Source: Planctomycetota bacterium
GTDB lineage: Bacteria; Planctomycetota; Phycisphaerae; SM23-33
DNA: 64,000 bases
Direction of reading: 5' to 3'
Assembly: GCA_016235825.1 (NCBI GenBank)
Contig: JACRIL010000102.1
Span: 751-64,750, forward strand
In this document: piece after piece, positions 57,131 to 64,000 of the stretch
Position numbering within the stretch: the stretch's first letter is position 1
Layout: each line of letters starts with the position of its first letter
Program-made: the position numbers and the translations under genes
Notes under the pieces: generated by a model
What the model saw: the letters and a program-made list of their open reading frames with translations, nothing else
Databases searched by the model: none
What the model was told of the DNA's origin: nothing

Positions 57131-57766
57131 ATGGCAAGAGACGCGAAATTGATCAGCATCATAGGCCCGCCGGCGTGCGGCAAGACGACGCTGGCGCGGG
57201 CGTTGGCGGAAAAGCTGGGGGCGAGGTTGATTCTGGAGGATTTTCAGGGAAATCCGTTTTTAGCCGCGGCGTTCGGCGGCGACCGCTCGGCCAGGCTGCC
57301 GGCGCAGATTTATTTTCTGGCCTCGCGCGTCGCGCAGCTCGATGGCTCGCGCTGGCCGGCCGAAGGGCTTTGCGTGAGCGACTACGGATTCTGCCAGGAC
57401 GCCATCTACGCCCGCAAACTGCTTGCCGGGGATGAACTGGCGCTTTATCTTCGTATGGCCGGCCTGGTTGCCGGCATGGTCCGCCGGCCGGATGCGATTA
57501 TCGCGCTGGATGCCCGTGCCGAAACGCTCATGGATCGGATAGCCAAGCGTGGCAGGCCGCACGAAAAGGCGTTCGACAGGCCTTTCCTTGAAGATATGAA
57601 AAAGGCATATAATGATCTGAAGATCGACGCCGGCGTGCCGGTCGTCAGGGTCGATTGCGATGCGACGGATATTCGCCGGCCTGACGCGCTGGATGAGATC
57701 GCAAAGCGGATGTCTTCTGAAATAGGGAAATGTTTGCGAATGACATGGAAACGATCAAGACAATAA
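57131..57766 (+). CDS. deoxynucleoside kinase
   Basis: P-loop IIGPPACGKTTLARAL, dNK-family size and ERS-like region. Confidence 0.8.
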   Translation: MARDAKLISIIGPPACGKTTLARALAEKLGARLILEDFQGNPFLAAAFGGDRSARLPAQIYFLASRVAQLDGSRWPAEGLCVSDYGFCQDAIYARKLLAGDELALYLRMAGLVAGMVRRPDAIIALDARAETLMDRIAKRGRPHEKAFDRPFLEDMKKAYNDLKIDAGVPVVRVDCDATDIRRPDALDEIAKRMSSEIGKCLRMTWKRSRQ

Positions 57767-58596
57767 AAGCTATGCGGGAGTCGGTCGCCGCGGCGAGAAG
57801 GGCCGGCAAGAAGATCGGCTTTGTGCCGACGATGGGCGCCCTGCATGAGGGACATGCGAGTTTGGTGGACGCGGCAAGGGCGTCGTGCGGGTGGGTTGCC
57901 GTCAGCATATTCGTCAATCCGATCCAGTTCGCCCCGACGGAGGACCTTGCCAGCTACCCGCACCCTCTGGAAAAAGACCTCGAGCTGTGCCGTGCCCGCG
58001 GCGCAGATGTCGTCTTCGTGCCGGACGTTAACGAGATGTACCCGCCGGATCGGCCCCGCCTGACGGATGTCAGCATTCGCGAGCTTGGCGACGCGCTCTG
58101 CGGGCGCAGCAGGCCGGGACATTTCACCGGCGTTTGCACCGTGGTGGCCAAGCTGCTCAACATCGTTGGGCCGGACAAACTTTTTCTTGGCGCCAAGGAT
58201 TACCAGCAGGCCACGATCCTGCGGCGGATGATCCTGGACCTTGATTATCCCGTCGATGCGGTCGTCTGTCCGACGGTCCGCGAGTCGGACGGGCTGGCTA
58301 TGTCCAGCAGAAACGCCTACCTTTCGGCCGGGGAACGTGGGCAGGCGCCGGCCCTGCACGGCTCGCTGCTGCTTGCGGCGGAGATGATCCGCAAGTCGCG
58401 TCCGCCGGCCGAACAGGTAGTCGCGGCCATGAAGGAATTTATCACCGCCCGTGCGCCGGCCGGAAAGATCGACTACATCCAGATATGCGACAGCGAAAGC
58501 CTGCGGGACGTGCCGGAAACCCGCGGCCTGGTCCTCGTCGCCCTAGCCGTGCGATTCGACAAGGCAAGGCTCATCGATAATATCGTTGTGGAATAA
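57745..58596 (+). CDS. panC: pantoate--beta-alanine ligase
   Basis: …IGFVPTMGALHEGHASLV… HIGH-class motif. Start METIKTIKAMR aligns with the PanC N-terminus (MxIIxTIxxLR). Confidence 0.9.
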   Translation: METIKTIKAMRESVAAARRAGKKIGFVPTMGALHEGHASLVDAARASCGWVAVSIFVNPIQFAPTEDLASYPHPLEKDLELCRARGADVVFVPDVNEMYPPDRPRLTDVSIRELGDALCGRSRPGHFTGVCTVVAKLLNIVGPDKLFLGAKDYQQATILRRMILDLDYPVDAVVCPTVRESDGLAMSSRNAYLSAGERGQAPALHGSLLLAAEMIRKSRPPAEQVVAAMKEFITARAPAGKIDYIQICDSESLRDVPETRGLVLVALAVRFDKARLIDNIVVE

Positions 58597-58695
58597 AACA
58601 GGGTATTTTTATAGAATCAGAGTTTGCTGCTGTATTCCGAATGGTCGGTCAATTACGATCATATATTCAAATCCTTTTTAAAAGGCAAATAACAG

Positions 58696-59055
58696 ATGTT
58701 CTTGAAAGTACTGCGAGCCAAGCTGCACCGGGCGGTGGTAACCGACGCTCACGTCGATTACGTCGGCTCGATCACCATTGACAAGCTGCTGCTGGATGCT
58801 TCGGGCATTTTACCCGGGGAGTGCGTGCTGGTGGCCGACCTGACCGACGGCGAGCGGTTTGAGACGTACGTGATAGAAGGCCCGGCCGGGAGCGGAACGA
58901 TCCGCATAAACGGCGCAGCCGCAAGGCTTGTGGACGTGGGCGACAAGGTGATAGTGATGGCCTTCGCCTACGCCGAGCCCAAGGAGGCCGCCGCCATAAA
59001 ACCCAACATCGTCCTGCTGGACGAAAAAAACAGGATAACGCAGGTGAAGAAATAG
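58696..59055 (+). CDS. panD: aspartate 1-decarboxylase
   Basis: MFLKVLRAKLHRAVVTDAHVDYVGSITID… including the Gly-Ser self-cleavage site. Confidence 0.9.
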   Translation: MFLKVLRAKLHRAVVTDAHVDYVGSITIDKLLLDASGILPGECVLVADLTDGERFETYVIEGPAGSGTIRINGAAARLVDVGDKVIVMAFAYAEPKEAAAIKPNIVLLDEKNRITQVKK

Positions 59056-59076
59056 CCTGCCCCCTCCATCGGCCCG

Positions 59077-60498
59077 ATGCGTCAGATCATAATAGATTTC
59101 GGAACGGTCAACATATTCGGGTGGCACGCCGCGCTGAGGATATACGGCTACGGGCTGATGCTGGTGCTTGGCTTCCTGACGGCCATCCTGATCGGCCAGC
59201 GGCGGGCCAGGCGGTGCGGTGAAAATCCCGAAACTCTCACCCAATGCGGCATAATCGCACTGGTAGGCGGGGTGCTGGGCGCGAGGATCGCCTACGTTAT
59301 CGAGCAGGCGATAAAGCATCCGGAAATGTCGCCCAAGTCGCTGCTGGACATCGTGGACGTAACGTCCGGCGGGCTGATCTATTTCGGCGGACTCATCCTG
59401 GCGATGCTGCTGGTGCTTGTTTACCTGTTCGCCAAGCGCCTGCCGGTTCGCCGATACCTGGATATTCTTGCGCCCAGCCTGATGATCGGTCTGGCGTTCG
59501 GGCGGGCCGGCTGCCTGCTCAACGGCTGCTGCTACGGCGGGCTCTGCGACGCCCACTGGCCTCTCGCACAGACGTTCCCGATGTATTCCAAACCGCTGCT
59601 GAATCTCTCGGGCAACGGCGGGCCTTTCGTCGAAGGGCAGGGAATGTGCCCGTCTTACGCGGACCAATATCGCAACGGCACGGTCAAACCCGACGAACGG
59701 CTCGTCAACCGTTTCGTAAGCGTTCCGTCCGTCCTGCCCGGCGGCAAAAAAGTTCCGCTGCCGCTGGTTCTGTCTGTCGGCGAGTTTCACGGCCGGCTTT
59801 ATACGGACCAGTTGACGACGATGCTCGCCTCGCCGGAGGAGGCCAGGTCGGCCTTCGTCAGGCTCGCCGGCTCTCCGGAGGCCAGGCTCGACGAGCAGAC
59901 GTGGCAAAAAGATTTGGCCCGCGGCGACGGCTTTCTGCGCGGCAGCGAGCAGTGGAACGAGGCCGCGGCGTTCGACAGCGACCACAACGGCAGGCTGAGC
60001 TTCGACGAGGCATGGAAATATCTTCAGACCAGGCTTCAACTGACAACGGACAAATTCGACGCTGACGGCGACTGGAAGTTGAATGACGCCGAACGGACCG
60101 CGGCGAATGAATATCTCCAGGCAGACCTGAATGCGATAGCCTCCGATCAGCACACGCTGCCTGTCAGGCCGGCCCAGGCGCTGGGGATAATCAACGCCCT
60201 GCTCCTGGCGTGCCTGCTGGCGGCGTACGGGCGGCGGCGCACCCGCGAGGGACAAGTCTTCGCCATGATGCTTATCCTGTATCCGATTACGCGGTTTCTT
60301 GAGGAGCTGGTCCGCGCCGACAATCCGCACAATCTGCTTGCCGGCGTGCTGACCCATAATCAGTACACTTCCATTGCATTACTGGCACTGGGCGTTATCA
60401 TGATGATGCGGCTGAGGCGTCTGGGGCCCTCGTGCGGGCCGGGCTGGACGCAACGGCTGGAACTTGCGGCCCAGGACCGCGGGCAAAAGCGCGGCTGA
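59077..60498 (+). CDS. lgt: prolipoprotein diacylglyceryl transferase with a ~190-aa insertion carrying EF-hand-like loops
   Basis: Lgt signature GRAGCLLNGCCYG and N-terminal TM core. Insertion contains DSDHNGRLSFDE (canonical 12-residue EF loop) and DADGDWKLNDAE. Confidence 0.8.
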   Translation: MRQIIIDFGTVNIFGWHAALRIYGYGLMLVLGFLTAILIGQRRARRCGENPETLTQCGIIALVGGVLGARIAYVIEQAIKHPEMSPKSLLDIVDVTSGGLIYFGGLILAMLLVLVYLFAKRLPVRRYLDILAPSLMIGLAFGRAGCLLNGCCYGGLCDAHWPLAQTFPMYSKPLLNLSGNGGPFVEGQGMCPSYADQYRNGTVKPDERLVNRFVSVPSVLPGGKKVPLPLVLSVGEFHGRLYTDQLTTMLASPEEARSAFVRLAGSPEARLDEQTWQKDLARGDGFLRGSEQWNEAAAFDSDHNGRLSFDEAWKYLQTRLQLTTDKFDADGDWKLNDAERTAANEYLQADLNAIASDQHTLPVRPAQALGIINALLLACLLAAYGRRRTREGQVFAMMLILYPITRFLEELVRADNPHNLLAGVLTHNQYTSIALLALGVIMMMRLRRLGPSCGPGWTQRLELAAQDRGQKRG

Positions 60499-60529
60499 AA
60501 ATTTTTAACGGAATTCAGGGAGGACTCAA

Positions 60530-61954
60530 ATGCCTGAGAATCTTCGGAGGTTGTCGATGTCGGCGGCGGCGATGATGCTGGCGCTGCCGGCCGGGTTATT
60601 CGCACAGCCGGACCAGCCGGCGGGACAGAACGTCTCGGCGGCGCTGGCCCTGGCGGCCCAGAAGGCCGCCAAATCCCTCGCCGTCGTCGACTGCACCATC
60701 ACCGACGAGCCGGGCCAGACCAGACAGATGTTGGGGCCGGGAGCCTGCATCGACGCAAAAGGCGTACTCATGACCTACGCGATCGACCCGGTGGTGCAGC
60801 CCGACAAGATCACAAAAATCGAGATCGTCCTGCCCGGCCAGCAGGGCAAGCGGCTGGCGGCGAAGTTGCTGGGCATAGATCCCCTTTCGGGCCTGAGCTT
60901 CGTCCAGGCGACCGACAAATACGACTGGCAGGCGCTGGAGCAGGACCGTCAGGTGCAGATCGCTCCGGGCCGGCTTGTAACATCCGCCGGGCCCATGATG
61001 TCCGAGGCGGGTTTCCCGGTCTATCTCGGGGCGGCATGGGTGTCTGTGGAACTGCGGGCGCCGGGCAGACTGGCGATGGTAACCGGCGGATCGCTCTGCT
61101 CGGCCGGGTCGCCCGTGTTCGATTCGGCGGGGAAAATGATAGGGCTGGTCGGCCCGCAGAAATATCTGCCGGTCGATCTGGCAAGCGGGCAGGGCGAGGC
61201 GACGGTGGCCCTCCGCGGCCAGGCGCAGACCGTCTGGTTTATGCCGATTGCGGAGCTCGCCTATATTCTTGACAACATTCCAACCGACGGCAGGCAGCGG
61301 AGGCCCGCCTGGATAGGCGCGGCGAGGTTCGAGACCGTGGGCAAAGACTACGCCGCAATCCTCAAGCTGGGCAAACCCGGCGTGATGATCGACCAGGTGA
61401 TACCGGGCGACGCGGCCGACAAGGCCAGCCTGAAAAACCGCGATGTAATAATCGGCGTGGAAGGCAAGGACATCGAGTCATTCTCCGGCGATCTGATAAC
61501 CGCCTCGAACCTGGCCAGGATGTTCAACATCATGCCGGTCGGCGGAAAGGTCAAGCTGACCGTCATGGACGGGGCCACCAGCAAGGTCAGGGACGTTGAA
61601 TTGACCCTGACCGTCATGCCCGTCCTGCCGGGCGAGGCAAGGCGCTACGTCAGCCTGCCGCTTGGCTTTGCCGCAAGGGAAAAGGTTCCGCTGGACAGGT
61701 TTCTGGACAAAAGCCCGACGGCCGATACCGCCGGACTGGTCGTGCTCGAGGTCGTAGATCGCGGGCTGGCAGCACTGTCGGGCCTGGCCGCCGGAGACGT
61801 CATTGTCTCCGTGGGCGACAAGAACATCCTTACGGTCCAGGCCCTCAAGCAGGCCATCGACGATGCCGCCGGAGCAAGGCCGCCCCAGGACATCAAGCTC
61901 ATCATCCGCCGCGGAAACCAGGGACTGACCGTTACCATCCAGCCGCCCAGATGA
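60530..61954 (+). CDS. HtrA-like secreted protein with two PDZ domains (trypsin fold, possibly degenerate catalytic triad)
   Basis: Signal peptide, GGSLCSAGSPVFDSAGKMIGL resembling the GNSGGPL serine box, two PDZ segments (…GVMIDQVIPGDAADKASL…, …GLVVLEVVDRGLAALSGLAAGDVI…). No clear His-box. Confidence 0.55.
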   Translation: MPENLRRLSMSAAAMMLALPAGLFAQPDQPAGQNVSAALALAAQKAAKSLAVVDCTITDEPGQTRQMLGPGACIDAKGVLMTYAIDPVVQPDKITKIEIVLPGQQGKRLAAKLLGIDPLSGLSFVQATDKYDWQALEQDRQVQIAPGRLVTSAGPMMSEAGFPVYLGAAWVSVELRAPGRLAMVTGGSLCSAGSPVFDSAGKMIGLVGPQKYLPVDLASGQGEATVALRGQAQTVWFMPIAELAYILDNIPTDGRQRRPAWIGAARFETVGKDYAAILKLGKPGVMIDQVIPGDAADKASLKNRDVIIGVEGKDIESFSGDLITASNLARMFNIMPVGGKVKLTVMDGATSKVRDVELTLTVMPVLPGEARRYVSLPLGFAAREKVPLDRFLDKSPTADTAGLVVLEVVDRGLAALSGLAAGDVIVSVGDKNILTVQALKQAIDDAAGARPPQDIKLIIRRGNQGLTVTIQPPR

Positions 61955-62029
61955 CGGCGCCGCATATTTTTAAAGCCCCGCATGTTAATGCGGGGATGCT
62001 GTTGTGATTTAGAGTCCCTAATGCTCTGT

Positions 62030-62300
62030 TGAAAAGCTTTGTTTAGCCCGATTCATCGGGCTTGGGTTGTTTGACAGGCCCCCGCTTTAGCGGGGGTAAA
62101 TGGCGGCGAAACGTCTTCTTTTTTTGTCTTGTAATGTGTCGGTTTGTCAGATTGGGACGATTTAGCACCGGAATATACTATTATGCTTGAACATAATAAA
62201 ATATCACAAAATAAAACAAGCGAAATGCCTCATCGCTGAACCCCCGCTGAAGCGGGGGCCTGTTACACGACACAGGCAGATCGGTGTGGCTTTTCAAGAG
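62030..62300. mobile_element. MITE-like element: AT-rich core flanked by imperfect ~60-bp inverted repeats ending in CAGGCCCCCGCTT(T/C)AGCGGGGGT hairpins
   Basis: Left arm TTGAAAAGC…CAGGCCCCCGCTTTAGCGGGGGT. Right arm reverse-complements to TTGAAAAGC…CAGGCCCCCGCTTCAGCGGGGGT. Core 62110..62230 is about 70% AT with a promoter-like TTGAAC…TAAAAT. Confidence 0.4.
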
Positions 62301-62385
62301 AGCATTTGGAACTCTTAAATAATAACACACGTCCCCCTGCTCGCGCAGGGGGCTTTATGAATCTTACATCAGAAAGGAACAGGCA

Positions 62386-63126
62386 ATGGAACAGGCAGAC
62401 ATTCAGAATCGGATCGAGGAACTTTCAGGCAGGCTGGACAGGCTGGCGGCGAAGAACCGCAGGCTGCGGCTGATCGGCGTGGGCCTGGGCGCATGCCTTG
62501 CCGCGGCGGTGGCGTTTCACTTCGCATCGGCCGGGCCGCTGGCCGTCGCGCAGGAAAAGGCCGAGCCGGGACCGGTCAAGGCGACCAGCTTCCAGGTCGT
62601 GGATGACTCGGGCAAACTGATGGCCGAGCTTAAATCCAAGGACAAATCCGCCACCCTGGCACTGATGGGTTCCGAAGGCAAGCCCAGGCTGATTTTGGTC
62701 GGCGGGGACAATCCCGGCGTGCTGGCTCTCGATCAGGACGGAACCACCCGCGCTATATTCGGCTACGAAAAGAAGTCGGGCCCGCTCATAGTTTTGAAGG
62801 ATTCCAAAAACAACAATCGCCTTGTCATGGGCGGGGACGACAAGTCGATGAGCCTGGTCCTGCTGTCGCCTGAAAAGAAGAACAGGCTTATTGTTTCGGG
62901 CGCCGACGCCCCCGCCGTGCTCATGTGCGACGAGAACGCCACGCCCAGGACGATTGTCGGGTTCGAGGGCAAGTCCGGGCCGTTCATGGCGCTGCGGGAT
63001 GAGAACGGCAAGAACCGAATGGTAGCCGCCTTCGGCGGAAACACGATCGGCTACTCTGTGCTGGACGAGGACGGCAAGCCGGTCTGGACGTCCAAGTCGG
63101 AGAAATCCGAGAAGACCGACAAGTAA
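62386..63126 (+). CDS. hypothetical protein with N-terminal TM/coiled-coil segment and ~5 internal ~35-aa repeats
   Basis: AAAGGAA RBS. Repeats of the form …GKxRLxLxGxDxPxVLxLxDxxGxxR…. Confidence 0.6.
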   Translation: MEQADIQNRIEELSGRLDRLAAKNRRLRLIGVGLGACLAAAVAFHFASAGPLAVAQEKAEPGPVKATSFQVVDDSGKLMAELKSKDKSATLALMGSEGKPRLILVGGDNPGVLALDQDGTTRAIFGYEKKSGPLIVLKDSKNNNRLVMGGDDKSMSLVLLSPEKKNRLIVSGADAPAVLMCDENATPRTIVGFEGKSGPFMALRDENGKNRMVAAFGGNTIGYSVLDEDGKPVWTSKSEKSEKTDK

Positions 63127-63138
63127 GCGGCCTGCCCG

Positions 63139-64000
63139 ATGAGACGCCAGGCCTCCGCCATACTACTGGTTTTCTGGCCGGCGCTTCTGCACGGCGCCCC
63201 GCCGGCGGACGCGCTGGCGGCGGGCGAATCGCCGGATTCCCTGGCCGCCGGCTGTCTGCGTCAGGCCGCCAACGATCTTGTCTTCGGCCGGCCCGATCAG
63301 AGATCGCGGGCAGGCAGGATAGCCGCCTTCGCCGCCATGGCATACCGGCTGAGTCCCGACGACCCGGCGAGCCTGAGGCTGCTGGCCGACGTGCTCGAAA
63401 CACAGGGCGATTACGCCCGGTCCGCCGATATCCTGGAAAAACTGCTCGCTCAGAACTCGCGGGACCACGCGCTGGGGCTGCACTGGATAAAGCAGTCGCT
63501 GGCCGCCAGGGAGACCGCCGAAAAACGCCTGGAATTTCTCCAGTCGGCGGCGAATCGCCCGGACCTGAGCGATCCGCTGCGAGCCGAGGCAGCCGCGGGC
63601 ATCGGCCGGATTCGCGTGGGACAGGGTCTTTTCGACGAGGCCCGCAAGGCCTACGACGAGGCCCTGCGGCTGGACGGGCTTTGCCCGTCGGCCCTTGCGG
63701 GCAGGCTGGCCGCGGATGAAAAACCCTCGGCGGTCCTCAAGGCCACGGTCCTGATCGGCCTGGTGCGGGGGAATCCGCTGGCCGTCGGGGCGGCTTGGGA
63801 CCTTGCGGTGCTGCTGGGAAACCTGGGGCTGCACGACGCCTCGCTGGAGATTTTCGACTTCGTCTGGCAGATGTCGGCAAAGGACGCTGCCGCCCTGCCG
63901 CCCGGCCAGATGGCCGTGCAATATCTTAACGCCCTGCTCGACGCCGGCAAGGCCGCCCATGCGGCCGGAATTTTTGAGCCGATAGCCGGCAAGTTCAAGG
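63139..64000 (+). CDS. TPR-repeat protein, secreted; 3' end beyond window
   Basis: ATG at 63139. Signal peptide (LLVFWPALLHGAPPA). TPR-like helical repeats. Open to position 64000 (partial). Confidence 0.6.
   Translation, partial: MRRQASAILLVFWPALLHGAPPADALAAGESPDSLAAGCLRQAANDLVFGRPDQRSRAGRIAAFAAMAYRLSPDDPASLRLLADVLETQGDYARSADILEKLLAQNSRDHALGLHWIKQSLAARETAEKRLEFLQSAANRPDLSDPLRAEAAAGIGRIRVGQGLFDEARKAYDEALRLDGLCPSALAGRLAADEKPSAVLKATVLIGLVRGNPLAVGAAWDLAVLLGNLGLHDASLEIFDFVWQMSAKDAAALPPGQMAVQYLNALLDAGKAAHAAGIFEPIAGKFK

Noticed and set aside
61960-62385. CRISPR array or tRNA genes in the repeat-rich spacers (also 11626..12273, 27669..28668)
   Set aside because: Repeats are not regularly spaced direct repeats with unique spacers, and no cas genes are present. 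No cloverleaf-compatible sequences (T-loop GTTCGA/A-TCC, acceptor stems) were found, so no tRNA is called.

Overview
High-GC (about 65%) bacterial chromosomal segment whose gene content (many Gfo/Idh/MocA oxidoreductases, xylose-isomerase-like TIM-barrel proteins, HEAT/TPR/PAS proteins, lipoproteins) resembles a Planctomycetota/PVC-type genome. This taxonomic call is inference from gene content only. About 60 genes are supported, several of them on three or four low-GC islands. There are no rRNA or tRNA genes and no CRISPR array.

Housekeeping genes recognised by motif include anmK, hisH, hisI, trkH/trkA, queF, apbE, prfB (with its canonical programmed +1 frameshift), hemL, gluQ, panC, panD and lgt.

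Most noteworthy, in order of interest:
1. A translationally coupled minus-strand operon (54474..56958) of an ArsR/SmtB-type metalloregulator, a bacterial homologue of the archaeal corrinoid methyltransferase subunit MtrA carrying an extra Cys-rich N-terminal domain, and a small vicinal-Cys membrane protein. This may be an uncharacterised metal(loid) methylation/transport system.
2. A form-IV RuBisCO-like protein sandwiched between a class II aldolase-family gene and a TIM-barrel sugar-phosphate isomerase (1..2632).
3. A DeoR-controlled six-gene sugar or amino-sugar catabolic operon (42354..50489) ending in an unusual FGGY-kinase/amidohydrolase fusion.
4. A glycan locus with a Wzy-like polymerase, a methyltransferase, AsnB and GT4 glycosyltransferases (33064..42155).
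5. At least four families of dispersed, structured intergenic repeats (MITE/REP-like).

Other points: low-GC islands (HEAT-repeat gene with an internal TGA, an IstB-like remnant, a lipoprotein, a DinD-like protein), a candidate promoter-to-terminator sRNA upstream of prfB, and EF-hand motifs in a secreted repeat protein and inserted into Lgt.
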